Shown here in pieces: positions 39,781 through 49,480 of a stretch of DNA of 64,000 nucleotides. Numbering within the stretch: the first letter of the stretch is position 1; each line of letters starts with the position of its first letter. Both the position numbers and the translations under genes were made by a program. This stretch comes from a virus (lineage: Duplodnaviria; Caudoviricetes), in IMG/VR virus record IMGVR_UViG_3300048995_000010, positions 1 through 64,000 of that record; one strand, written 5' to 3'. The notes under the pieces are model-generated. The model made no database searches. It saw nothing but the letters and a program-made list of their open reading frames with translations, and was not told the DNA's origin.

Positions 39781-40719
39781 TTAAACTTTTGGTTTATCTC
39801 TAGTCGCTCTTGCTTTTTTCATAATATCCTGTGTTGTCCCTTTGAGGTAATCCACAGTATCTGAATTCTCCTTGTTCTCCAGGTAGAGTAATGCCTCTAA
39901 TTCAGAGGATCCCATTTTTGTTTTTGTCTCTCTCACGACAAAACTGGTACCAACAGGTTCTACTACTCTGGCTTGGATCATAGCCTTTAACCAGTAACGA
40001 AGTTCAAATCTATCTTCCTGATATACTTTCAGGAAATCAGTAGCATTCTTTCTCACTATATCTCCCAGAGCAGTTTGCTTACGTTGTTCTTCGTTACGTC
40101 CCAGGAAGTCACGGGAATCTTTACCCAGCATAGTAAGGAGCATATTGACCTTACTTGGTTGTCCTTTGATTTTTAACCAGATTGCTTCAGCTTTATCCTG
40201 TACAACTATCCGATCATTATTGAGTTTATCTGCTTGTTCTGAATCGTAAATGTAGAAGTACTTTAGTTGATTTCCATCGGCACCAATCTTATCAGAAGCT
40301 ACCCATGGATGGCTTTTGGCATGTCTGTAGCGAATGAAGTCTTCTATCTTGATAGGGAGATTCTCAGTACTGAGTGGTTCTTCATTACTTTTCTCAAGTC
40401 CAATCTCCAGGTCTTTACCGGTACCATATGGGACTTTTGTCTTCAGGTTATTGAAGAAGTCATAGACTTTTGAGCGGAACTCCTTTTCATCAGATTCTAC
40501 ATTAATGATATAAGGCATCAACAGCTTCTCTTCTGCTCTACTTAAACCACTCCCTATCAGGCGGTTCGAAAAAGACTCAAAATAGGGACCTATCCCTATC
40601 TCTGTCATAGACATATAGCTACTGATCTGTTCATTTTCTGTGGGATTCTGTGCTCGTTGTATGAAGTTATCAGCACGAAATAATGTGATCTTACGACTGT
40701 TTGCATGAGTACTGGACAT
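39781..40719 (-). CDS. conserved protein downstream of MCP (crAss gene-75-like)
   Basis: Synteny; PIKIEDFIRYRHAKSHPWVA motif. Confidence 0.65.
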   Translation of the reverse strand: MSSTHANSRKITLFRADNFIQRAQNPTENEQISSYMSMTEIGIGPYFESFSNRLIGSGLSRAEEKLLMPYIINVESDEKEFRSKVYDFFNNLKTKVPYGTGKDLEIGLEKSNEEPLSTENLPIKIEDFIRYRHAKSHPWVASDKIGADGNQLKYFYIYDSEQADKLNNDRIVVQDKAEAIWLKIKGQPSKVNMLLTMLGKDSRDFLGRNEEQRKQTALGDIVRKNATDFLKVYQEDRFELRYWLKAMIQARVVEPVGTSFVVRETKTKMGSSELEALLYLENKENSDTVDYLKGTTQDIMKKARATRDKPKV

Positions 40720-40741
40720 GTGGTATAGTGTTGTTTTGTAA

Positions 40742-40749
40742 CAAATATA
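40742..40749 (-). promoter_or_regulatory. canonical Bacteroidota -7 box TATATTTG
   Basis: Exact TAnnTTTG 22 nt upstream of the ATG at 40719. Confidence 0.65.
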
Positions 40750-40765
40750 AGCATCTGTGTCTAAA

Positions 40766-40795
40766 TGAAGAAAGTCTCCCTGGTGAGGGAGACTC
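40766..40795 (-). terminator. MCP terminator
   Basis: GAGTCTCCCT-CACC-AGGGAGACTT then TCTTC. Confidence 0.8.
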
Positions 40796-40819
40796 TACGA
40801 ACAAATAACAACAGCTATA

Positions 40820-42355
40820 CTATCCAGCCGTACAGATCAGGTCAAAGCACCTGTTTGCACGAAGAATTTGAATACCCTGTGAACGGAAGCGGGTGTACGA
40901 AGCCTGGTCAACATCTGTTGCAAGCATGTTCGATACGTTTGTACCATTGCCCAGTAACAGTTCCAGTGATCTCGGCATGTCTGTCAGACCTTTCACTACA
41001 CCATGTAGATAAGCACGTTTCTTCTGACATACGTGTTGGATATTTGGCTGACCGTCGTAATCACTTGAGTCAATGAAGCTCATCCGGTAAGATTCCAGGG
41101 GGAAGCCAGTTTCTGGATGAACTACACCACCGGCCTGCTGGTTTACAGCTACACGGCCGTGATCATAAACAGGGTTGTATTTTACACGGATGGTATATCC
41201 GTCAATGTGATAGAAACCAGAGAAGAAACCACCCAGCATCAGGTCATGCTGACGGCCACCAGTACCAGATACGAATTTATCTGATACCATACCCCAATCG
41301 CTGAGGAAACCTTTTCCTTCTGTTTTCATAGCACGATCCATTTCTCTGAGACCACCTTTACCGGTCCACAGGTCAATGACCATGTTATCAGTATCTGACT
41401 GACCATACAGGGAATCTCCTACGAAATTCATCAGGTTGTTGTAGGTCAGGGAAGCGTAAGAAGATTTGTTCTGGATCTGTTCTAGTACACCAGAAGCAGT
41501 AGGAATCACTTTACCAGTGATCAGATCTTTCAAAGGAATAGTACCATCAGCACGACGGTTGTAGCGGCTATACCAGTAGGCATTTTCACAGATATCCAAC
41601 CACTCCTGTTCGAACTGGTACATGAACCAGTCCATCCACATTTCAGTCTCTACACCATTATTGGACTTCAGCTTAAACTTCATCACCTTGTTGGCAGAGT
41701 TACCAGCCCATGACATACCATGACGATGGAAACCCATTTGGTTTTTCCACAGACCTGGCATCACCATGTTTGAGTCAGTAGAACGAGACTGACTTTCAGG
41801 TACGTTGGTGGTCATACCGATCCAGGTAGCCCCATAATCCAACTCTGTGAAAGGACAGTAGTCAGTATCTGCAGCAGGGTTTAATTGACACTTGTACTTA
41901 AAGGTACCATCGGGCTGACGCTCGGGATCTTCCAGTACGTAGGCAGTGATGCCACGGGCAGACTGAATTGTCCAGTACCTTTTAATCCAGTTGTCAAAGA
42001 AGTAGAGGAAAAACTCAGTGTGACCTATACCGGCTTTATCAATAGAAGTATAGTCAGTTTTTGCAACCTGTGAAGGCTTGAACCGGCGACCCATTACCGG
42101 GTAGGTAAACTGAACATCATCCAACTCTTTAGCAGAGGATTCGAAGTTGTCCTTATTATAACCAATACCACCCAGTGTCATGGTAGACAAGGGATATTGT
42201 TTATTCATGTCACCCAACATATAGGTGAGCTTACGAGTGAGTTCAGAAGGTGCGCCTTGACGCTGATGGTAGAAGTTGTTTTCATCCAGGAGACTCACAG
42301 CATCATAGATCATCTCTTGGACCTGATATTTTAATGCGGGTTGAAATTGGCTCAT
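40820..42355 (-). CDS. major capsid protein (HK97 fold, crAss-like)
   Basis: 511 aa after portal and scaffold; GVLEQI, LWTGKGG, GGFFSGFYHIDG, ESYRM motifs; followed by a terminator. Confidence 0.88.
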   Translation of the reverse strand: MSQFQPALKYQVQEMIYDAVSLLDENNFYHQRQGAPSELTRKLTYMLGDMNKQYPLSTMTLGGIGYNKDNFESSAKELDDVQFTYPVMGRRFKPSQVAKTDYTSIDKAGIGHTEFFLYFFDNWIKRYWTIQSARGITAYVLEDPERQPDGTFKYKCQLNPAADTDYCPFTELDYGATWIGMTTNVPESQSRSTDSNMVMPGLWKNQMGFHRHGMSWAGNSANKVMKFKLKSNNGVETEMWMDWFMYQFEQEWLDICENAYWYSRYNRRADGTIPLKDLITGKVIPTASGVLEQIQNKSSYASLTYNNLMNFVGDSLYGQSDTDNMVIDLWTGKGGLREMDRAMKTEGKGFLSDWGMVSDKFVSGTGGRQHDLMLGGFFSGFYHIDGYTIRVKYNPVYDHGRVAVNQQAGGVVHPETGFPLESYRMSFIDSSDYDGQPNIQHVCQKKRAYLHGVVKGLTDMPRSLELLLGNGTNVSNMLATDVDQASYTRFRSQGIQILRANRCFDLICTAG

Positions 42356-42372
42356 ACAGGTACGTTTATAAG

Positions 42373-43446
42373 TTATAATTCAGATACAGCTGGGTGAATG
42401 CCAGTCTTGTTATTTCTTTGTTGATTAGGATCTTCTGATGTTTTTGGTTTCTTCTTCTCAGTACCCATTTGAAACTTCAACCGTTTCACCACACCTTCAT
42501 TCACTTTGTTTTTAATGATGTCTGAGAGATTACCATTTACATTCAAATAGTATAATGACTCTATCAAGTTTCCCATATTGGTGTCATTGACTTCCTGATT
42601 GACATACCAGCGGCCGGTTTCCCGGTCCAGTACCATCATACTACTAACGAACTGCAAAAATTCAGCACGACGAGCATCTGGAATGGTAATCCCAAGATTC
42701 TTATTCTCCAGGATTCTTTCCCTGAGCGTTACACTCATTTTGTTGATGGTCTGTTCTTCCCTTTTTTGACGCTGTGCATCAAGTTCCAGCAGATCTTCCA
42801 TCTGCTTCTTCTCCTTGAACTGTCGATCCTTATATTCAGTTTCAACCAGCCCTGGAAGTTTGTTCTTTTCGATTGCGTCCTTTATAATAAGGTCAGCCTG
42901 ATCGGGAAGTATACCTTTGCTTGTCAGAGATCTTTTATAAAATGCTTGTTGTAAATCTACAGACTCTTTAAGGACTTCCCACTCTGGAAGAACCTCACTT
43001 TTGTTCTTAAAAAAGTCTTCATCTGAGCCCCCGTTAGCCCTATGCAACATGTACGAGTACGCTCGTGGGTCACCTTCCTGAATATCTTTCTCAAATTTGT
43101 CTATTGCATGATCCTCTATCTGTTGCATAGCTGAGTGCAAACCAGCAGGAGTAGTAGGATCAATGCCTTCACCAAACTTGAATTGGAAGTCATCCCCACG
43201 AAGTCTGGACACTTCCTTGTAGATTTCAATGGGATCTGCTTCTGTTTCTTCTACTGAAGTTTCGTTTGTCTGTTCTTCAGTTCCTTCTCCCTCTTGTTTC
43301 TGCTCTTCTCCTTCAGTCTCTTCAGTTTTCTCTTCTATAGTTTCCTCAGTAGGAGTGGCTTGTTGTTGTTGTTGAACAGGGGGTTTATCCAGATCAGCTA
43401 GTGATGGCAGGATTCCTGGTTTTTGCTGTTGTTGATTTGTGTCCAT
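42373..43446 (-). CDS. putative capsid scaffolding protein (crAss gene-77-like)
   Basis: Acidic Q/E-rich N-terminus and coiled coil; lies between portal and MCP. Confidence 0.7.
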   Translation of the reverse strand: MDTNQQQQKPGILPSLADLDKPPVQQQQQATPTEETIEEKTEETEGEEQKQEGEGTEEQTNETSVEETEADPIEIYKEVSRLRGDDFQFKFGEGIDPTTPAGLHSAMQQIEDHAIDKFEKDIQEGDPRAYSYMLHRANGGSDEDFFKNKSEVLPEWEVLKESVDLQQAFYKRSLTSKGILPDQADLIIKDAIEKNKLPGLVETEYKDRQFKEKKQMEDLLELDAQRQKREEQTINKMSVTLRERILENKNLGITIPDARRAEFLQFVSSMMVLDRETGRWYVNQEVNDTNMGNLIESLYYLNVNGNLSDIIKNKVNEGVVKRLKFQMGTEKKKPKTSEDPNQQRNNKTGIHPAVSEL

Positions 43447-43467
43447 ATGTTTGATTTATGAATGTGA

Positions 43468-45855
43468 TTATTTTTCGCCTACTACTTTATTTCGCAAGGC
43501 TACCTTGGCCTTCTTATCCTCTATACGTTCCTTACTCTTCATCTCCTTATTTCTCTGTGTCAATTCACGTAGCTGCATTCTATCCTGTTGGGCCATTTCC
43601 ATTGTCTTTAGTCTACTCTGTTGAGTTAGTTCCAGTGTTTTCATGTATTTATCATAGATGGCTGAAGCATCTGGGACATCACTTACAGTTTCATCTCTTG
43701 AAAGTAGAGCAGCCGAATCCATATCCATCTGTCCTTCCAGTAGAGCAAGTCTTTCTTTCCACTGGTATTCATGTTCCTGTAACTGAATCTTCAGGTCGGT
43801 CTTCATAGCCTCGATAGCTGCTAGTCTTTTATCAGCATGTTCCTCAGCCTGTGCTTCAGACTCTTGTTGTTGTTGGGCCTGACGGGCCTGTATATCTTCT
43901 AATTTCAGAAGTTTCGAGCGAATCTCTGCCATGTTCGAGGCTTCGATGATTTCTACTGTCATAGAAGGGCTGAGACCATTCTGTACCATAGGCTGTAGTA
44001 ACTGCTTGAGGGTATTTACCTTGTCCTGTTCCTGAGGGGACCTGGACAGTAGAATACCCATGTCAGCATTACAATAAGCTACCGGGTCAATATCCAGGAG
44101 CTCATGGTCGTAAGTCGAGCCGTTGTATAAACCTTTCACTCCATCTACATTAAGAAACTTAGACAGGTCAATGAGCCCCTGCATGTCAGTTTCCAGAAAG
44201 TCTTCAAATCCCAAGAACACAAGGTCAGTAACCAGGTTAGACTGGAAGATGGCTTGTGATGTGGCCCCAGGCTGTGAACTGGCTGAGGTTTCTCCCCTTC
44301 TCTGTGGAGTAAAACCGGTAGTAAGATCCCACTGCTGTCTGCAGTAGTCTAATATCTCAATGAGTTCTTTGATATCTTTGAAAGTGGACATATCCAGTAC
44401 TGTATACTGGTTCCAGGATTTATCTACGCCAGCCTGGTTTCTATTTAGCAGACCATATCCTTGGGCCTCAGCGTAGTAGAAGAACTTCTCTTCATCCCAG
44501 CCCTTAGAGTTGGGAATAGCATTCTTATCAATCAGGAGTATCTTTCCTTTATTTTTGGCGATGGTCTTCTCTAGTTGGTAATTGACGATCATGAACAAGG
44601 TCTGGAATGGTACACCTTGTTTTAGCAGAGAGAATATATGGTTGGATGTAGGAGAGAACTTAGCACCATTGTAAGACAGCTTACAGGAAGAGAAGTTGTT
44701 CATGGCATTTCTCTGTACCGGTACAGCTCTTGGATTTACATAGATGTCATTGCCTATCCTCCAGACTTCATATGACTCATTACCCCAAAATGTCTCTGAC
44801 TTTTCTCCTTCCTGTACTACATAATCCTCATCTACCTGTTCTTCTGATAGATCTCCATTCTCATCAACAGACATAATTGTCTTCATCTTCTTTCTGGCCT
44901 TGAACTGGCAATGATAGACAGGAATCTTCCCTTGAGTGACATCACCATACACAGTATTAAGGTGAGCTCCGAAGGTATCTGCAGAATACATGAGAGGACG
45001 TTTGTCCATATCCAGGAGATCCTGTGTCTTAATATCCTCATAGAACTTATCTACTATGTCTGACATTGTATACCACTGACGACGGACTATCCACTCTCCA
45101 TCTTCAATAAATTCTATATGAGGACTCTTATCATAGCGGATCTCTCTTGGGTCTACTCTCTCATAAACCAGGTCTCCATGTTCAATATTTTTGTAGGAGA
45201 ATACACCCCCAGCAACCAGCCAGTCCAAAAACATGATCCTACGCTTACGATGTATCCGGTATTCATCCAATGCCCGATTAAGCCATTTCTGCCCATCAAC
45301 TGCCAAGGAATCTTTGTAAGAAAGTTTGTGCTTCTCCTGCACTTCCCATGGCATCTCAATCTCTTCTGGTTGAGGGATTTCATTCATAGGAATCCCTTTT
45401 TCCAGCGCACTCTGCTGGATCATTTGAATGAAATGCTCTGTCATATTCTGAGCAAGTTTCTCCTGCAGTTGTGAAGTATACCGGATGTATCCGTCTTCTC
45501 CTCTATTGACTACCTGATAGATAAAGGGCCGGCGATAGTATTCTCCTACCAACTGATCAATATTGGTCCTGAGAATGTTGGTAGCTCTGATCTTTGCCGG
45601 GAATCGTTTGTGCTGTGGATTCTTTGCAGCCAGGGGATTGGTTATGTGACTAAACCAGCTGGATGGAAATTCATTGTTGTAGATATCATAGAGTTGATTC
45701 AATTCTCCATCCGGTTCATTTGTATACCGGAATAGACCAGACTGTGAAATATAGTAATCAGCAGTTCTTTTGAACCACTCATAATTCTTGGCAATCTTCT
45801 CACTCCAGGATACTTGTTGTAAGGGACGATTGAACGTGTTTACGTATGAACTCAT
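43468..45855 (-). CDS. portal protein
   Basis: 795 aa directly after TerL; LVGEYYRRPF, GFTPQRRG motifs; coiled-coil C-terminus. Confidence 0.88.
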   Translation of the reverse strand: MSSYVNTFNRPLQQVSWSEKIAKNYEWFKRTADYYISQSGLFRYTNEPDGELNQLYDIYNNEFPSSWFSHITNPLAAKNPQHKRFPAKIRATNILRTNIDQLVGEYYRRPFIYQVVNRGEDGYIRYTSQLQEKLAQNMTEHFIQMIQQSALEKGIPMNEIPQPEEIEMPWEVQEKHKLSYKDSLAVDGQKWLNRALDEYRIHRKRRIMFLDWLVAGGVFSYKNIEHGDLVYERVDPREIRYDKSPHIEFIEDGEWIVRRQWYTMSDIVDKFYEDIKTQDLLDMDKRPLMYSADTFGAHLNTVYGDVTQGKIPVYHCQFKARKKMKTIMSVDENGDLSEEQVDEDYVVQEGEKSETFWGNESYEVWRIGNDIYVNPRAVPVQRNAMNNFSSCKLSYNGAKFSPTSNHIFSLLKQGVPFQTLFMIVNYQLEKTIAKNKGKILLIDKNAIPNSKGWDEEKFFYYAEAQGYGLLNRNQAGVDKSWNQYTVLDMSTFKDIKELIEILDYCRQQWDLTTGFTPQRRGETSASSQPGATSQAIFQSNLVTDLVFLGFEDFLETDMQGLIDLSKFLNVDGVKGLYNGSTYDHELLDIDPVAYCNADMGILLSRSPQEQDKVNTLKQLLQPMVQNGLSPSMTVEIIEASNMAEIRSKLLKLEDIQARQAQQQQESEAQAEEHADKRLAAIEAMKTDLKIQLQEHEYQWKERLALLEGQMDMDSAALLSRDETVSDVPDASAIYDKYMKTLELTQQSRLKTMEMAQQDRMQLRELTQRNKEMKSKERIEDKKAKVALRNKVVGEK

Positions 45856-45875
45856 AGGGACTGTGTTTTCAGGTA

Positions 45876-47996
45876 CTACCCCAAACTTACGACTTCTTCC
45901 TCGCTTTGCTCATGCTCGTCATAGAAGTCCCTGTTGAAGTAGTCATCCTTGTTCTCTGAATCTCCACCCCCTGTAGACTCCTGGAAGGCATTTTCCTTTA
46001 GCATGATAACCCCAATAATCAGACAGGATAATGTATCAGCATTTCTCTTTCCATTATACTTGGCCAGCTCCATCATGCCCACTATGTCATACCATCGGTG
46101 GAGTCTCATCACTTTTTCTCCAGTTTCAGTAATAGCCCGGGTTTCCTGGTGCCAATCTCTCACGTAGGTAATACCTATACGTTTTTTCTCTGTAGGCATG
46201 GCCATGAGGTAAGATCCTACTCTGCCTTTAGACATGTACTCCTTATTATGTGCCATCTCAGGTTCTTTTTCCAACAGGTGTAATTTATGCGCTGCCCTGG
46301 CATAGTTTACCAGGGTTTGACCCCCACCCCCAATTTCCCCTTGGATAGTGGTGTTATACATCTCCGCAAGCATGATATTGATCTCATGGATATCATCCAG
46401 GTTATCACGGCGCCCACGGAACCAGGCTACTGGTAATCCTTCATTGATGGTATCGATATTATTGTAGTTCTTTAGGACCTGAATAGAGTATAGGGACTCA
46501 TTGGTACCACTCTCTTCTTTCTCTGAAGTTTGCTCAATGGCAAAGGCATCAAAAATCACCTGGTATAACTTATAAGGTACCTGTCCCCGTTCATTCTTGT
46601 AAGGTTCTTCTACTATTGTAACACATCCTTCCAGGTTATCTCCTCTCTTGTGTGGGTAGGACTCTATCGGTCGGGCTTCAGCTTTTGTTTGTATGATAAA
46701 TTTGGGATGACCAGTCTTACGGTCCCGCTCCAGGTATCCATGTCTAAGCAGAGACTGGATCATGGGGGAATTTTTAACAAACCTGATCTGCTTGTTAAGT
46801 TCTGAAACCTTGAATGGGTTGTTATTGATCCGCTTGAGTGCTTCCTGAGGAGTCCAGGGATACTCGGCAATATAGTCGTCATAATCCTTGGGATCCTTGG
46901 ACTTCTTCTTTCTTGCCCGGGCCTTCTTTTCCAGTTCTATTGCTAACTCTACATCCGCATTACCATCAGCATCTATGGCAGCATTGTTCACCCGATAAGC
47001 AGGACAGAAGTACCCACAGGTTGTTTCTGCCAGTTCTCCTTCTTCCAGAGCATTAGGGAACTCCAGCATGTCAAAAACTTCAGGAGAATCAAAAACATCC
47101 TCAAGACCCTCGATACCAGGACCTTCTTCACCACCAGTTCCCAGTACTGTCTGCTGTCCTACGTAGATGTCACCATCCTTAATAGAACCCAGAGAAATAT
47201 TGAGAGCCTTCTTCAGATCCTTAAATGATCCCCCTTCTTCGAAAAGAATCTTACGACCACGTTTACCCCGGGTCTTGTTGGGGTCATTTACAATTACCCC
47301 TATAATCTCCGACATGTCTCCCTGCTCTACACCGAAAGCATCATAGTAGGATGCCTTCCTGTGCATGTCAGTATTATGTCTTTGCCGGTTCTGCTTCCAT
47401 TCCTGAGAGTGCTGGTTAATCCAGTCCAGCATCGGTTGTACCTTATTAAGTACACCATCAGTAGTAAGATACTCTTCAATGCCCGCAAAGTAATAAGATT
47501 TGGAACCGGGAATGAAGTTATAGTTATATACACCATCCCACGCTTCCATGTACGAGAATCCACCCCCACGAGCCTTGAGACATCCAATGTGCTTACCCCC
47601 AGGTGAGTTAATTCCCATGAATGTCCCGCCATGCCAGGCAATATGCTTGAACATGAACCACTCATACTGTATCTCCCAGAACCTGGGAAACTCGAATGTC
47701 TTCTCAGCTGTTTTTATAGAGATACGGCCTTTACCATCTTTTCTTTCATTATAAGCTTTAAGAGCAATGTCATCTGGTACCTTCCACATCACAGAGTGAT
47801 TCAGGTATCCGTAGTACCTACCAGGGATCCAGAGTCCCGCTACTGTATAACCTTCTCTACATCTACGTTCTTCTTCTTCCCAAAAATCAATGTATTCCCG
47901 GGAACCTACAGGCGCCTTGGTGTACTGTCCCCCATTCTTTAAGAAATCTCTGGCGGTATAGGAGAACTGAGCTGTATTGGTGAGATTATGAAACAT
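45876..47996 (-). CDS. terL: terminase large subunit
   Basis: Walker A LKARGGGFSY, Walker B ILFEEGG, GTGG coupling motif, RNase-H-like C-terminus (IFDAF...NADTL). Confidence 0.92.
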   Translation of the reverse strand: MFHNLTNTAQFSYTARDFLKNGGQYTKAPVGSREYIDFWEEEERRCREGYTVAGLWIPGRYYGYLNHSVMWKVPDDIALKAYNERKDGKGRISIKTAEKTFEFPRFWEIQYEWFMFKHIAWHGGTFMGINSPGGKHIGCLKARGGGFSYMEAWDGVYNYNFIPGSKSYYFAGIEEYLTTDGVLNKVQPMLDWINQHSQEWKQNRQRHNTDMHRKASYYDAFGVEQGDMSEIIGVIVNDPNKTRGKRGRKILFEEGGSFKDLKKALNISLGSIKDGDIYVGQQTVLGTGGEEGPGIEGLEDVFDSPEVFDMLEFPNALEEGELAETTCGYFCPAYRVNNAAIDADGNADVELAIELEKKARARKKKSKDPKDYDDYIAEYPWTPQEALKRINNNPFKVSELNKQIRFVKNSPMIQSLLRHGYLERDRKTGHPKFIIQTKAEARPIESYPHKRGDNLEGCVTIVEEPYKNERGQVPYKLYQVIFDAFAIEQTSEKEESGTNESLYSIQVLKNYNNIDTINEGLPVAWFRGRRDNLDDIHEINIMLAEMYNTTIQGEIGGGGQTLVNYARAAHKLHLLEKEPEMAHNKEYMSKGRVGSYLMAMPTEKKRIGITYVRDWHQETRAITETGEKVMRLHRWYDIVGMMELAKYNGKRNADTLSCLIIGVIMLKENAFQESTGGGDSENKDDYFNRDFYDEHEQSEEEVVSLG

Positions 47997-48742
47997 TAGT
48001 CTTCTTCCTCCTCACTGGTAAGTTTTTTCAAATATGCTCCCATCTTCCTGAAGTCTACTTTATCTTCTACAAGGACTATATTCTCATCTTCTAATGCTTC
48101 ATCAATTGAGTTCTGTACCTCAGTCGAAACAGGACCAGTACCTTCCATCCAATCTTTCTTTCGTTTACCTTCTTTAGCCCCCAGAGTAGCTGTACCACGG
48201 ATAGTATTTCCACCTTCCTGCTTGAGTGATTCCATTACCCGGCGCTCCATAGTATTGATCGCATCATAAGCCGCATTGATGTTCTTGGCATACATGGTAA
48301 TGGAATTGGGAGTATACTTTGGTTTACCTTGTTTGTCTGCTTCATTAAAATTTATTGTCTCCAGAAACTCATTCATCTTATCCATGGCGGCATATAATCC
48401 CCGGAGAGCTTTGAGTGCCGGTACACTCTCATGTTGCATTTCCTCATACTTTTTGATAGCATCCTGTACTTTCTGTTCCTGGATATCTCCTTCTTTAAGC
48501 TGCATAGCCTTCAAGGCTTCATTATGCCGGGCTTCTTTTGTCCAGGTAAAGTGTGGAGAAGCAAAGTCTGTAGTGAGATAGATGTATCCAAAAATTCTGT
48601 GCTGCATCAGTTTCTTTCTGCCATCAGCGTCTCCTTCACACTTCCATACTCTATGAAGGATCAATGAAAACTCAGGGATGAGGTGAAGCCATTCTTTATT
48701 AAGGTCAATCTCATTATTGACCATCACAAATAGTCTTTTCAT
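47996..48742 (-). CDS. conserved protein upstream of TerL (possible terminase small subunit)
   Basis: Helical; DKQGKPKY, IRG motifs; translationally coupled to terL. Confidence 0.5.
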   Translation of the reverse strand: MKRLFVMVNNEIDLNKEWLHLIPEFSLILHRVWKCEGDADGRKKLMQHRIFGYIYLTTDFASPHFTWTKEARHNEALKAMQLKEGDIQEQKVQDAIKKYEEMQHESVPALKALRGLYAAMDKMNEFLETINFNEADKQGKPKYTPNSITMYAKNINAAYDAINTMERRVMESLKQEGGNTIRGTATLGAKEGKRKKDWMEGTGPVSTEVQNSIDEALEDENIVLVEDKVDFRKMGAYLKKLTSEEEED

Positions 48743-48981
48743 GTGGTAGGTTTTTGAGGTTTAACCACCTTGGTCTTTGGTGAAGATTTACCATAGGTTT
48801 CATATTTCAACTTCTTTAGGTTCACCTTAAAAATCCCCAGTAGTGGTATTCTCACGTTTTCCAGTCTTCCACTCTCTATTGTCTGGTCAATGTACTGCTC
48901 GTAATGGTTGATAGTTTGAGACACCGTGAAATAACTTTCTCCGGTCATCTGTGCTACAAGTTTGATCAGTTCTTTCTCCAT
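48739..48981 (-). CDS. HU/IHF-like DNA-binding protein
   Basis: ELIKLVAQMTG...IESG..ENVRIPLLGIFKV, an HU fold signature. Confidence 0.7.
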   Translation of the reverse strand: MEKELIKLVAQMTGESYFTVSQTINHYEQYIDQTIESGRLENVRIPLLGIFKVNLKKLKYETYGKSSPKTKVVKPQKPTT

Positions 48982-48993
48982 AGGGTACAAATT

Positions 48994-49027
48994 AAGAAGG
49001 CCCCCAAAGTGGGAGCCCCTTACTTTT
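48994..49027. terminator. bidirectional terminator
   Basis: AAGGCCCCCA/TGGGAGCCCCTT stem with T-rich tails on both strands. Confidence 0.6.
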
Positions 49028-49102
49028 TAAAATCAGGTCTCATAGGCGGAATGGATCTTCATAGGGGCCTACTTAGAGGCTGTTGTTATATGTGCGGATG
49101 GG

Positions 49103-49384
49103 TTAGTCCTGGAAATGTGCTGTCAATCCTTTAATAGTAAAGACACATGCTTTCTCTAAAGCAGCTTGAGCTACTGCAAATTCTCTGGCAGTTCTGTTCT
49201 TCCAATCAGTGTCTTTTTCAATTCTGGCGAGTTCCTTGTTCTTGAGAAGTTCTATTTGATCCCACATATCTGCATATCGTTGCTTGGCCTCATCTACCAT
49301 TGGATCTTTGCTAGGATTGAAACTTGCTCGCATTACTTTCTGACCATTTGAGAGAACTGGCTTTGTTTGTATACTGGCTTCCAT
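49103..49384 (-). CDS. Acb2/Tad1-like anti-defence signal-sponge protein
   Basis: FNPS..VDEAKQRYADMWDQIE...REFAVAQAALEKACVFTIKGLT helical hairpin. It has its own promoter (TTTG-N19-TATATTCG at 49402-49432). Confidence 0.6.
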   Translation of the reverse strand: MEASIQTKPVLSNGQKVMRASFNPSKDPMVDEAKQRYADMWDQIELLKNKELARIEKDTDWKNRTAREFAVAQAALEKACVFTIKGLTAHFQD

Positions 49385-49429
49385 AATAGCTGTTGTTTTA
49401 ACGAATATAGGGTGTTTGTACATACTAAC

Positions 49430-49459
49430 AAAAATCCCAGTGTGAAAACACCGGGATTT
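49430..49459 (-). terminator. terminator with GTTTTCAC loop
   Basis: AAATCCCGGT-GTTTTCAC-ACTGGGATTT followed by TTG. Confidence 0.75.
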
Positions 49460-49480
49460 CTATGAAAACTAATAGTCGTA

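Noticed and set aside
40765-41076. + strand ORF using the AACAACAGCTAT motif at 40807
   Set aside because: The motif is followed by TAC, not ATG, and the ORF is antisense to MCP. It is better read as an antisense element in the MCP 3'UTR.
7357-47996. Inteins or group I introns in TerL, MCP or RNAP
   Set aside because: The genes are continuous and of expected size, with no evident intein splice motifs or LAGLIDADG inserts.
8347-48667. Numerous 60-150 aa + strand ORFs inside the late arm
   Set aside because: Antisense shadows of long - strand genes, with no leaders or motifs.
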